Positions 35,376 through 45,102 of a stretch of 64,000 nucleotides of DNA are shown piece by piece; positions within the stretch are counted from its first letter, which is position 1, and each line of letters begins with the position of its first letter. The stretch covers positions 127,904 to 191,903 of the forward strand of contig JAAXUA010000002.1 in assembly GCA_013336275.1 (NCBI GenBank). Reading direction: 5' to 3'. Origin of the DNA: Candidatus Falkowbacteria bacterium (GTDB lineage: Bacteria; Patescibacteriota; Patescibacteriia; Patescibacteriales; GWE2-39-37). Below the pieces are notes generated by a model. That model was not told the DNA's origin. It did not search any database and worked only from the letters and a program-made list of their open reading frames with translations. Both the position numbers and the translations under genes were made by a program.

Positions 35376-36959
35376 ATGCATTATTCATTATTATTAACGG
35401 TACTATATATGGAATATAGGTATTTTGTCCGTAAAATCCATCAGCCGACCCCTGAGATCGTAGCTTTGGAATTAGCCGACAGGCTGGGCCGGCCGGTTTT
35501 TGCGTTCAGGCCAGGGCAGTATGTGATGATTGCCTATACAAACGCGAAGGGCTTGCTTGAGCGCAAACATGCCTTTTCTTTGGCCAGCTCACCCACTGAA
35601 ACCGACCACATCAAGCTTGGCATTAAAGTTGGCGGGAAATTCACCCAAGGGTTGTTAGGCCTTAAGCCAGGTGACCAGGTCATCGTCAATGGCCCGTTCG
35701 GCAACTTCGTCTTCGATGAGGCCAAGCACAAGAATGCGGTCTTCTTGGCTGGCGGCATCGGCATCACGCCTTTCTACAGCGCCCTCAAATATGCCACCGA
35801 CAGGAAACTCGATAACAGGATGACTTTGCTATATAGCAACAGGACACTGGAGCGGACACTATATTACCGGGAGATCAAGGCGCTCGAAACCAAGAATAAG
35901 AATTTGCGAGCGCTGTTCTCGGTAACTGACAAGAACATCCTGCCAGTTGCCGGCAGGGTGGTGAACAAACGCCTGGACGGTCAGGTTATAAACGAATTCG
36001 TCGGTGGCCATGAAGGCAAGACTTTTTTCATCTGCGGCCCGGCGCCTTTCATGAAGGCGATGAAAGGCGATTTGCTCGGTCTCGGCGTCAAGCCGTCCCA
36101 GATCGAAATGGAGGGCTTTTCGATGATGACCGGCAGCGGCGCCTTGGCAGGCACCAAAAACGTGGCTTATGCCATGGGCTTTTCCGGCGCCTTGATGCTA
36201 GGCTCTTTCTATCTGATCGCCAATCCAGGCACTACGCCATCGCTCGATAGTCTGGAAAAGCTTGGCTTGTCCAACTACTTGTTAAACAGTGATTCGTCGC
36301 CCGAGGCGCAAGCAGCAGAAGTTCCGGTGGTGATGGCAGAGTCCGGTCTCCCGGTTTCTGATGTTTTGGCTGCAGCCGATGCCGCCGGCACAAGCACTGG
36401 GTCCGGAATATTGGCCTTGGCCGAAGTTGCCCAGGAAGCAAATGCCGCCAACACAACGGCAGCTGCTGTTCAGTTGCCAGCGGTAAAAAAAGCTGCTACG
36501 GCAACCACGGCTCCAACTCCAGCCCCGGTGACTCATGCCTCGCCGGTCAAGGAAGCTGCTGCAGTTTCTAAGTCGGCTACGCCAGCCGCAACCGCCAGCA
36601 AAACAGCGTCCGCTCCAACCCCGGTCACCTCGGCCTCGGCCCCTGCGCACACCACCCCGACCGTCACAGCCCCCACACCTGCCACACCGACTACAGCGAC
36701 TGCCCCAAGTACGGCGCCAACCCCGGTCACCTCGGCCTCTGCTCCGGCCAGTACTCCCGCTGCGCCGAGCACTCCGAGCACCCCGACTACGGCCAGCCAG
36801 CCTACTGCGCCAGCGCCGGCTCCAACTACCTCGGCGTCAGCTCCGGCCGCTTCCGGGTCCTCATCAAACACGACGCCTACCACCGTGAATACTTCGACGC
36901 CTACACCTACCACGCCAGTCAGCAGCAGGAGTAGAAGCAATGACGATGACGACGATTAA
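35376..36959 (+). CDS. NOX/ferric-reductase-type dehydrogenase domain (FAD + NAD(P)H binding), followed by a TM helix and about 250 aa of Pro/Thr/Ala/Ser-rich low-complexity tail
   Basis: HAFSLASSP resembles the FAD-binding HPF[ST]L[ST]S motif. GGIGITPF is the GxGxxP NAD(P)H-binding motif and FICGPAPF the C-terminal CGP motif. A hydrophobic segment AYAMGFSGALMLGSFYLIA follows, then a PT-rich tail ending in DDDDD. Confidence 0.65.
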   Translation: MHYSLLLTVLYMEYRYFVRKIHQPTPEIVALELADRLGRPVFAFRPGQYVMIAYTNAKGLLERKHAFSLASSPTETDHIKLGIKVGGKFTQGLLGLKPGDQVIVNGPFGNFVFDEAKHKNAVFLAGGIGITPFYSALKYATDRKLDNRMTLLYSNRTLERTLYYREIKALETKNKNLRALFSVTDKNILPVAGRVVNKRLDGQVINEFVGGHEGKTFFICGPAPFMKAMKGDLLGLGVKPSQIEMEGFSMMTGSGALAGTKNVAYAMGFSGALMLGSFYLIANPGTTPSLDSLEKLGLSNYLLNSDSSPEAQAAEVPVVMAESGLPVSDVLAAADAAGTSTGSGILALAEVAQEANAANTTAAAVQLPAVKKAATATTAPTPAPVTHASPVKEAAAVSKSATPAATASKTASAPTPVTSASAPAHTTPTVTAPTPATPTTATAPSTAPTPVTSASAPASTPAAPSTPSTPTTASQPTAPAPAPTTSASAPAASGSSSNTTPTTVNTSTPTPTTPVSSRSRSNDDDDD

Positions 36960-36965
36960 ACAAAC

Positions 36966-37376
36966 TTGCATATGAGAAAAACATTAGACACATTATTATT
37001 GACAGCGTTGGTCGCGGTTTTCGGGATCGGCGGTTACAAGCTCGGTTCCAAGAAGGAGCGGATCGAGGTGTTTGCCGCCATCCCGCCAGCCGCCGCCCCA
37101 CGGGAAAGCGGGTTGCCTCAAGCGGGCGAGGTTCAGACAGCCAATACTGAGGCGGCAACTTCAAGCGCCCCAACGGTTCCTCAAGATGTTGCGTTAAAAC
37201 CAGCCCAGGCAGCAGCCGTCCCGCCAGCTAAGCCGGCGACCACCCAAGTTTTGGGCAGCAAAGTGACCAAGACCCCAGCCCCTGTCGTACCGGCTGCACC
37301 AGCGGTCCAGCCGTCTGTTCCGGCTGTGGCACAACAGCCAGCCGCCGAACCGCAGCCGACAACCAAGGTTTCTTAG
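36966..37376 (+). CDS. Hypothetical membrane-anchored Pro/Ala-rich protein
   Basis: There is an N-terminal TM helix (LLLTALVAVFGIGGY) and a low-complexity PA-rich tail. Confidence 0.45.
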   Translation: MHMRKTLDTLLLTALVAVFGIGGYKLGSKKERIEVFAAIPPAAAPRESGLPQAGEVQTANTEAATSSAPTVPQDVALKPAQAAAVPPAKPATTQVLGSKVTKTPAPVVPAAPAVQPSVPAVAQQPAAEPQPTTKVS

Positions 37377-37449
37377 AACCACGCCTTCTTAATCAAATCC
37401 TAATGATTTTGAGCCCATAATCAGAATAAACAGATAAGATGAAATCCAT

Positions 37450-38382
37450 ATGACTTGGAAAAAATTCAGCGCGTTGGGCACGGAAATAATCATCAGCGCC
37501 GCCTTGAAGCCGGGGGAAGAGAATAAGATCGACTCGGCTGAAAAAGAGATCAATGATTTCGAAAAGAGATTCAGCCGCTTCATTGTCGGCAACGAGCTCT
37601 ATAAATTGAACAGTTCGGCGGCCGGAGAGTTCGAGGCCAGTCCGGTTATGTCTGATTTGTTGCGTGAGGCGAAAGGCCTCCATGAAGAGACCGGCGGTCT
37701 GTTCGATCCGACCATCATCGGCAGCCTCGAAGATATAGGTTATGACCGCAGCTTCGTGGCTGGAGCCCAGGATGAGGAGACTGAGCCGGTTGATGCTGGC
37801 AAAATCAGCAAACGGTTCGCCGCCCGTCCACGGATGTCCGAACTGGTAATCGACGGTAATTTGGTAAGAAAACCAGCCGGCCTGAGAATCGATTTGGGCG
37901 GCTTAGGCAAAGGCTATATAGTGGACCGCTTGGCCGACGGCATCTTTAAGGATGTCGAGGATTTCTGGATATCGGCCGGTGGAGATTTGGTAATCAAGGG
38001 CAACGCCGAAGGGAGTAAAGGCTGGAAGGTCGGCGTCCAGAACCCGAACAAGCCGGAGAAGGAGATTTTTTCGGTCGTTACCAAAGGGGAAAAGGTCGGT
38101 GTCGCCACCTCCGGCATATTCAAGCGCCGAGGACAGCGCGGCGGTGTGGATTGGCACCACTTGATCGACCCGCGGACAGGCTTGCCAGCCGATAATAATA
38201 TCCAAGCGGTTACGGCTATCGCCTCGAGCGCGGCCAGGGCTGACGTCCTCGCGAAGACCGTATTAATCCTGGGGGAAGAAGAGGGTCTCCGTTTCATCGA
38301 CGGGCAGCCAGACTCCGCTTGCATCATTTTTTTCAAAGACAGGGGATTGAAATTCTCCGAGAGAGCATTTAATTATTTCTGA
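37450..38382 (+). CDS. apbE: FAD:protein FMN transferase (ApbE family)
   Basis: RIDLGGLGKGYIVDRL (ApbE DLGGIAKGY-like motif) and the overall ApbE pattern (GLFDPTI, WHHLIDPRTG) are present. Confidence 0.8.
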   Translation: MTWKKFSALGTEIIISAALKPGEENKIDSAEKEINDFEKRFSRFIVGNELYKLNSSAAGEFEASPVMSDLLREAKGLHEETGGLFDPTIIGSLEDIGYDRSFVAGAQDEETEPVDAGKISKRFAARPRMSELVIDGNLVRKPAGLRIDLGGLGKGYIVDRLADGIFKDVEDFWISAGGDLVIKGNAEGSKGWKVGVQNPNKPEKEIFSVVTKGEKVGVATSGIFKRRGQRGGVDWHHLIDPRTGLPADNNIQAVTAIASSAARADVLAKTVLILGEEEGLRFIDGQPDSACIIFFKDRGLKFSERAFNYF

Positions 38383-38383
38383 T

Positions 38384-39121
38384 ATGTACAAGGTATTTGC
38401 CACAATCATTTTCTTGCTGCTGATAGGGTCGGCCGGCTTCATGTTCGGGACCAAGAACCGTGAAGTCGAGTACGTCGTGCGCGGCGGATCAGGCGTTCCG
38501 TCCTCGACGGTAGTCGTCAGCCAGTCGAACTCGGGCGAGAAGCGTCTTTGGGGGCTAGTGCCAGCCGACAAGGTCGCTAGCATCCCTTGGTATGTCTCAC
38601 GATCGGCAGCCGTTGTTTCCTACTTGGTGATGTTCCTGGTCATCCTTCTCGGGACCGGCATGACGACCGGCTTCGCTTATCGCTTGCTTGACCCGGTCAT
38701 CGCTTGGAGCACGCACCAGTATCTGGCCATATCCTTGGGGGTGACTTTGGCCGTGCACGTCATCTCTATCTATTTCGATGAGTTCATTAATTTTTCGGTG
38801 TCCGACTTGCTGGTGCCGTTCGTTTCTGATTACAAGACGGTTTATCTGGGGCTTGGCATCATCGGTTTTTACATTCTGATTCTGACCGTATTATTTTCGA
38901 TCTTCTTAAGGCTCAAATCGCCTAAATTCTGGCGGGCGACGCATTTCTTGGTGTATCCGATGTTCGCCCTGTCCCTGGTCCATGGCCTGTTCATCGGCAG
39001 CGACTCGGGCACATTGGCTATGAAGCTGGTTTACTGGGTGACGGGAGCTATTTTCGCCATCCTGCTGGCCTATAGGTTCGCCGTTTATCCGCTTAAAGCC
39101 AGGGCCCCGAAAACGCCTTGA
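38384..39121 (+). CDS. Ferric-reductase-like transmembrane (bis-heme b) domain protein
   Basis: Multi-TM protein with two His pairs on TM helices spaced 13 and 12 residues apart: HQYLAISLGVTLAVH and HFLVYPMFALSLVH. Confidence 0.55.
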   Translation: MYKVFATIIFLLLIGSAGFMFGTKNREVEYVVRGGSGVPSSTVVVSQSNSGEKRLWGLVPADKVASIPWYVSRSAAVVSYLVMFLVILLGTGMTTGFAYRLLDPVIAWSTHQYLAISLGVTLAVHVISIYFDEFINFSVSDLLVPFVSDYKTVYLGLGIIGFYILILTVLFSIFLRLKSPKFWRATHFLVYPMFALSLVHGLFIGSDSGTLAMKLVYWVTGAIFAILLAYRFAVYPLKARAPKTP

Positions 39122-39287
39122 CTTTTTGGCCAAAAAATGCTAATTTAAAGGACAATTTAGTCTTTCGTTTGGAAGGCTATTTTTTGTTTTTTTGACAACG
39201 GAATGATCGAAATCTAATCGTATCTCATTGACTATCACACAGAGACAGTTGACAGCTGCTCGCAACCCACGAAAGGAGAAACTGCTT

Positions 39288-40802
39288 ATGAAGATGCCCA
39301 AGGACAGGTTTTTCAGAAGGATGGAGGCGCAAGGCTTGGCCTTGTCTTATGGCGATGTCAGGATGCGGACCGGCTACTCCGAAGTATTGCCGTCCGATGT
39401 CCTAGTCAATTCGCTGTTTTCACGGAACGTCCCCCTCAACTGCCCGATCATCAGTTCGCCCATGGACACGGTCACCGAACGCAAGATGGCCATCCAGATG
39501 GCCAAGCTGGGCGGGCTCGGCATCATCCACAAAGGCCTGAATCCCAAGGATCAGGCCGCCGAAGTCGCCAGCGTCAAGTTCTATCTGAACGGACTGATCA
39601 AGAAGCCGATCTGCTTCCAAGAGGAGGCGACCATCGGCGAGATCGAACGCATCATGGAGGAGAAGGGGTACAAGGAACGTTTCCAGAGTTTCCCCATCCT
39701 TGATAGCGATGGCAAGCTGGTCGGACTCCTGACGCACAACGACTTCGAGTTCTGTCTGAATCCCGAGTTGACGGCCAGACAGGTGATGTCGCACGAGCTG
39801 ATCAAAGCGCAGCAAGGCATCGGCCTCGAGGAAGTCTTCCGCATGATGGTCGGAAACAAGAAGAAGGTGATACCCGTAGTCGACGGCGAGGGCCAAATCG
39901 CCGGCATGTATGTCTACAAGGACGTCAAGCGCATCATGACCGGAGGGGACCCGATCTATAATCTGGATCCCAACGGCAACCTGCGCGTCGGTGCAGCCAT
40001 CGGCGTAGGCGAAGAGGCCCTGCAACGGGCGGAGCTGCTTTACAACAAGGGGGTCGACGTGGTCGTAATCGATACGGCCCATGGCGACACTCTGGGAGCA
40101 GTCACCACCTTGAAGGAGCTGAAGCGCCTATATCCAGGCCTCGACGTAGTAGTCGGCAATATCTCCGAAGGAGAATCGGCCCGGCGCTTAGCCGAAGCCG
40201 GAGCTGACGGGCTGCGCATCGGACAAGGTCCGGGCTCGATCTGCACGACGCGGGTCGTGGCCGGTATCGGCTGTCCGCAAGTGACGGCGGTCTATAACTG
40301 CGCCAAGGCGGTCAGGGGCATACACGTGCCTGTTTGCGCCGACGGCGGGATCGAAGACACCGGCGATATAACCATAGCCATGGCGGCCGGCGCCCACTCG
40401 GTCATGCTCGGCAGCATGCTGGCGGGTACGGACCAGGCGCCTGGGGACATCATCCAGGTCAGCGGCATGCCCATGAAGCGCTATCGCGGCATGGGCTCGC
40501 TCGGCGCCATGCAATCGAGCATGGAGTCGCGCAAGCGCTATGGCCAAGGGATGAGCCTCAAAGACAAACTGGTGCCTGAAGGCGTCGAAGGCGTCGTGCC
40601 ATACAAGGGCGACGTCGAAAAGGTCATCGTCCAGTGTCTCGGAGGCCTGCGCGCCGGCATGGGTTATTGCGGCGCCAGAAACGTCGAAGAGCTCCAGGAG
40701 AAGGCTGATTTCCACCGCATCTCCGGGTCGGGTCTCAAAGAGTCCCATCCGCATGGCATCATCATCACTGAAGAAGCGCCCAACTATAAGCAGCAGCGTT
40801 AA
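39288..40802 (+). CDS. guaB: IMP dehydrogenase
   Basis: Tandem CBS domains, the catalytic loop [11 protein letters not shown] region, and an IDTAHGDT segment are present. The RBS is AAAGGAGA. The ORF track starts upstream at a TTG at 39228. Confidence 0.95.
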   Translation: MKMPKDRFFRRMEAQGLALSYGDVRMRTGYSEVLPSDVLVNSLFSRNVPLNCPIISSPMDTVTERKMAIQMAKLGGLGIIHKGLNPKDQAAEVASVKFYLNGLIKKPICFQEEATIGEIERIMEEKGYKERFQSFPILDSDGKLVGLLTHNDFEFCLNPELTARQVMSHELIKAQQGIGLEEVFRMMVGNKKKVIPVVDGEGQIAGMYVYKDVKRIMTGGDPIYNLDPNGNLRVGAAIGVGEEALQRAELLYNKGVDVVVIDTAHGDTLGAVTTLKELKRLYPGLDVVVGNISEGESARRLAEAGADGLRIGQGPGSICTTRVVAGIGCPQVTAVYNCAKAVRGIHVPVCADGGIEDTGDITIAMAAGAHSVMLGSMLAGTDQAPGDIIQVSGMPMKRYRGMGSLGAMQSSMESRKRYGQGMSLKDKLVPEGVEGVVPYKGDVEKVIVQCLGGLRAGMGYCGARNVEELQEKADFHRISGSGLKESHPHGIIITEEAPNYKQQR

Positions 40803-40826
40803 AATCAAGGACAAGGAGGCAGAATA

Positions 40827-42323
40827 ATGAACAAACTGGAAAGAATGTTGCAAGGGGTGAATACGGCAGCGGTAATCTGCAGCCAGTGGGGCGACACCGG
40901 CAAAGGGAAGATCGTCGATCTTCTGGCCGAGTGGGCCGATGTCATAGCACGCGGCACCGGCGCCGACAATGCCGGGCACACGATCTGGGTGCAAGGCAAG
41001 AAGTATGTCATGCACCTCATCCCGTCGGGCATCCTGCACGACGGTGAGGGCAAGATCAATATCATCGGCAGCGGCGTAGCGGTCAATCCCCGAGTAGTTC
41101 TCGAGGAGATGGCTATGATCAGCGAAGCTGGCTTGTCCTATGATCATCTGATGATCGCTTTGAATGCCAAGCTGATCCTGCCGCAGCACATCCTGCTTGA
41201 TCGCTTGCGCGAGAGCAAGACTGGCAAGATCGGCACGACCGGACGCGGCGTCGGACCGGTCTACGCCGATCATTACGCCAGGATGGGGCTGATCGTCAAC
41301 GACATGCTGAATCCCGCCTCTTTCCGCGAGAAGTTCAAGCGGAATCTTCGGGAAAAGATGGTCCTGCTCAAGGAGTATGATCCGGTGCTCATCCAGGAAC
41401 TGATGCATCATGAACATCTGGAAAAAGGGCTTTTCTTTTCGGACGGCATCGGAATTTTTGATGTTGATGCCATTGTCGAGCGTTACGTCGAGTACGGGCG
41501 CTTGCTGAGAGACCTGATCAGCGATACCGATACGCTGCTGAAGCGTATCGTCGGCACAAAGAAGGTTTTGCTTGAGGGAGCCCAAGGAACGATGCTCTCG
41601 GTGGACCACGGAAGCTATCCCTACGTCACCTCATCCGATTGCACCGACCAGGGTTTGGCCCATGGTGTCGGCTTGAAGGACAAGCACATCGACTTGGTGC
41701 TGAACATCGCCAAGGCGTGTTACATGACGCGCGTCGGCGGCGGACCGTTCCCGACCGAAATCGGCGGCCATGCCTCGGCTGACTGGTGCGCCGAAAGCGG
41801 AGTTAACAGAAGGATAGAAAAGGACAATTATCCGTTCGCCACCGTTAATTCGCAGCAAGGCTTCTTGCAGGGAATCGCCATCAGGATGGCGGGTGATGAA
41901 TACGGAGCTACCACCGGCCGTCCACGGCGGGTGGGCTGGCTCGACCTTCCGGTGCTGCGCTATGCCACGAGGCAATGCGGCAGAGACGTGATCCTGACCA
42001 AGCTGGATGTTCTCTCTGGCTGTGAGACGATCAAGATCTGTTCGCATTATCAATATGTCGGCGAGCCCTTTAACTACGGCGCCGACACCATCGACACGGG
42101 TTATGAGGTCAAGGTGGCTATTCCGTTCGCTGAAGTTATGGATAAGTGCGAGCCGGTCTATGCCGAGTTTCCTGGCTGGTGCTGCGATATTAGCGCCATC
42201 AGGGAATATGACGAACTTCCAATCGCCCTCAAGGAGATTGTCGCGTTCATCGAGAAGCAAACCGACGTTCGTGTCAGGATCATCTCGGTAGGCGCCGATC
42301 GCGATGCTACGATCATTCTGTAA
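40827..42323 (+). CDS. purA: Adenylosuccinate synthetase
   Basis: QWGDTGKGKIVDLL is the P-loop, and GADNAGHTI, GTTGRGVGP and GATTGRPRRVGWLD are all present. Confidence 0.95.
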   Translation: MNKLERMLQGVNTAAVICSQWGDTGKGKIVDLLAEWADVIARGTGADNAGHTIWVQGKKYVMHLIPSGILHDGEGKINIIGSGVAVNPRVVLEEMAMISEAGLSYDHLMIALNAKLILPQHILLDRLRESKTGKIGTTGRGVGPVYADHYARMGLIVNDMLNPASFREKFKRNLREKMVLLKEYDPVLIQELMHHEHLEKGLFFSDGIGIFDVDAIVERYVEYGRLLRDLISDTDTLLKRIVGTKKVLLEGAQGTMLSVDHGSYPYVTSSDCTDQGLAHGVGLKDKHIDLVLNIAKACYMTRVGGGPFPTEIGGHASADWCAESGVNRRIEKDNYPFATVNSQQGFLQGIAIRMAGDEYGATTGRPRRVGWLDLPVLRYATRQCGRDVILTKLDVLSGCETIKICSHYQYVGEPFNYGADTIDTGYEVKVAIPFAEVMDKCEPVYAEFPGWCCDISAIREYDELPIALKEIVAFIEKQTDVRVRIISVGADRDATIIL

Positions 42324-42344
42324 CTGCTCTTTCAACCCATACTG

Positions 42345-42385
42345 CTAATGCAGTGCCGCTGAGTCTGACTCGGCGGCTTTTTTTA
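42345..42385 (+). terminator. Rho-independent terminator after purA
   Basis: The hairpin gccgctgagtc-tgac-tcggcggc is followed by a run of T. Confidence 0.65.
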
Positions 42386-42433
42386 TCCGAAAATTGGCCA
42401 GTAAAAAAAACCGCCCGGTTACTCGGGCGGTTT

Positions 42434-42931
42434 TTAAGCGAGAGGTAGGCCTGGCAGGGTGTCAACGAATTTTCTTAGAATCGGACTATACGCCCAATTG
42501 GGCTCTGGGCCGAAATAATTCGGCGTTCCGCCTGGTGCCGGCATCGCGGCCAATTTAACAGCCGCGCTCGTTTGCGGCGCGGCCACGCCTAGCTTGACGG
42601 AAGGCGCGATATTTTTTGCCGAAGATTTAACGGGTTTGCCCTGTTTTTTTTGTCTTTCGGCAGCAGAGCGTTTTGCAGCAGCTTCTCGCTGGGCCGCGGT
42701 GATGCGATTTTTTCTTTTTTGCTGGATGGCAGCAGCATCGTGGCTCTTTATTTTCGGTCCTTTAGAGCTGGCCGTGTTCGCTGAGCTGATCGGAACGACA
42801 AGCATGCTTGTCAGCAAAGCTAATGTTAAAAAAACGGGAGTTATAGTCCTGATCGATTTACGAATATTTTTATTAAAAAATAATCCGTTCGATTCAGACC
42901 TTTTAAAAAGAGTTTTAAATTGCGTTTTCAT
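42434..42931 (-). CDS. Hypothetical secreted low-complexity protein
   Basis: It has an N-terminal signal-like helix and a Lys/Ala-rich body. No family was found. Confidence 0.4.
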   Translation of the reverse strand: MKTQFKTLFKRSESNGLFFNKNIRKSIRTITPVFLTLALLTSMLVVPISSANTASSKGPKIKSHDAAAIQQKRKNRITAAQREAAAKRSAAERQKKQGKPVKSSAKNIAPSVKLGVAAPQTSAAVKLAAMPAPGGTPNYFGPEPNWAYSPILRKFVDTLPGLPLA

Positions 42932-43081
42932 ATGTTTATTAAAGTTAGAGCTTGTTAGCGGCTTGCCCCGTTACGTTGTCGACTCAACGAAGTCGGGCAT
43001 TCGTGAAATACGAGCTTGCTTAGATTTTATTCGGTCACTATAAATGCCAATTATTAGGCAATTATTAAGAATAAGATTAAA

Positions 43082-44407
43082 TTGTTACTGACAGTAGCGG
43101 CTCTTCTAATATTTATATCTGTGCTGTTAGCGTTGCCATATTCTTCAGCTTTTGGTATGGTTAAAAGTGATATTTTTATGAATAAAACAATTTATAAATA
43201 CATAATTTTAGCGTTTTTAGCCTTGATTTTTGCCTTTTTATTTTTCAATCTGCGCAACAAGCATGTAACGCAGAATGGAACAGATTCTAAAATGACGGTC
43301 GGTCAGGCCGTCAATGCAGATGAAGCTAAAAAGGATGAAAAAATGACCGAGGTGGAAGTTGAGGAGGGCGACGTTTTCAACAAGATCGGTGCCAGGGGCG
43401 GATTGGATGCGTCAGCCTGCTACGCGATTTATGACGACGTCAAAGAGGTCTATGACTTGGCCAAGTTGCGAGTCGGCAACAAACTTTATTTTTACTCTGA
43501 TAATAACGGATCGATCAATAAGCTGATGTACGCTGTCGATAATGACCGAGAGCTTTTCATCGAGAAGGGTGCTGATGGGCGATGGTCGGGCAAGATGCAG
43601 AACATCGTTTATGAAGTGCGGGAAAAAACCGTCGAAGGGACGATCGACTCTTCGCTTTACGAATCGGCCATGGCGGCCGGTGCTGATGAGCGAGCCGTGT
43701 TGCAATTCGCCGAAGGACTGGAGTGGAGCATTGATTTCGCGAATGACCCCCGTGTCGGCGATAAGTATAAGTTCGTTTATGAGGAGCGCTATCGCGATGG
43801 CCGCTTCGTTATGCCCGGCAAAGTCTTAGCCGGTGCCTACCTTAACGGTGACAAGCTCTACCAGACATTTTATTTTGAAGAATCGGAAGATAATAAAGGC
43901 TACTTCGACGAGAATGGCAATTCGGTGCAAAAGATGTTCCTGAAGGCGCCGCTAGCTTTCAAATATATTTCTTCGCCGTTCACTACTGGGCGCCGCTACG
44001 TCGAAGCTTTCAGCGTCTCGACCAAGCATCGGGCTATCGATTATGCCGCTGCGCAGGGAACGCCGATCAGGGCGATCGGCGACGGCACCGTAACCCATGC
44101 GGGCTGGGCCGCCGGCTATGGCAATTTTACCTCGATCAACCATAACAGTACCTATTCGACCAATTATGGGCATCAGTCGAAAATTATCGTCAAGCGCGGG
44201 CAGCGAGTGCGCCAGGGCGAGGTGATCGGCTATGTCGGTTCGACCGGCTTCTCCACCGGGCCCCATCTGCATTTCGAGATGGAAAAGAATGGCGTCAAGG
44301 TCAATCCGGCTAATGAGATCGTTCCTCCAGGAAGGCCGATCGGCGACTCTAGGAAAGCCGATTTCACAAAGGCTATCGACCAGTTGAAAGAGAAGATCAA
44401 GATCTGA
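43082..44407 (+). CDS. M23 family metallopeptidase, membrane-anchored
   Basis: HRAIDYAA (HxxxD), GYGNFTSINH and GSTGFSTGPHLHFEM (HxH) motifs are present, with N-terminal TM helices. Confidence 0.85.
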   Translation: MLLTVAALLIFISVLLALPYSSAFGMVKSDIFMNKTIYKYIILAFLALIFAFLFFNLRNKHVTQNGTDSKMTVGQAVNADEAKKDEKMTEVEVEEGDVFNKIGARGGLDASACYAIYDDVKEVYDLAKLRVGNKLYFYSDNNGSINKLMYAVDNDRELFIEKGADGRWSGKMQNIVYEVREKTVEGTIDSSLYESAMAAGADERAVLQFAEGLEWSIDFANDPRVGDKYKFVYEERYRDGRFVMPGKVLAGAYLNGDKLYQTFYFEESEDNKGYFDENGNSVQKMFLKAPLAFKYISSPFTTGRRYVEAFSVSTKHRAIDYAAAQGTPIRAIGDGTVTHAGWAAGYGNFTSINHNSTYSTNYGHQSKIIVKRGQRVRQGEVIGYVGSTGFSTGPHLHFEMEKNGVKVNPANEIVPPGRPIGDSRKADFTKAIDQLKEKIKI

Positions 44408-45102
44408 CTATAGTACAGGAAAAACAGGCCCTCCGACGGAGCGGCCTGTTTTTTTGTTTCTTAGGCACGGCGGTTTCTTTGGAGATTTTAATCTTTGCTT
44501 AATGACTGGCGACTATGATATGGATAATAAGCTGCGAATCGAGCAGTGTTTCCAGATACCATATGAAATTCGCTATTTCCAGGGTCCGATTGCCCAAAAA
44601 CAACATGGATTGGTGCCACCGGGCTCCGTCCAAAAGCAGAAACGAGGACGCCACGTCCGGTGTTTTTATTTTGAAGGTTTTTTATGTCCGGACTCACGAA
44701 GACCGCAGCAGAAGGACTACCAACATCCAGCGATCAGGGAAGTCTCTGGGGAAAATACTTAAGCCGATGCAAACATATGCGCATTTCTGAGCCAGCAATT
44801 GAAAGGAAAGAAGACGGCGGACAGCCGGTGATTTTTGACGATGAGTCGGAGTACGATGCAGCGATGTTCGAGTTCTTCAAGTCCAACCGCAAGCAAACTG
44901 CGGTTTCCGACCTTGGCATGCAAGAGGGAGAGTCTCGGATCAATCCGTTGGCCGATTTTCTTCGAGTCGCCGGTTCCCACATCAAAAGGCTCTTCGGCAG
45001 GACTTGACAGGTGGTTTTTTTAATAAATATTTAATGTACCAATATTACAATAGAATTGATATAATGTGGATAAGGAGGGCATTAACTATTAGAAGAAACC
45101 AT

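Noticed and set aside
36282-36940. Two minus-strand ORFs (122 and 135 aa) inside the PT-rich tail region.
   Set aside because: They are mirror-image low-complexity translations (G/A/V-rich) of the repetitive GC-rich DNA encoding the Pro/Thr tail of the plus-strand gene.
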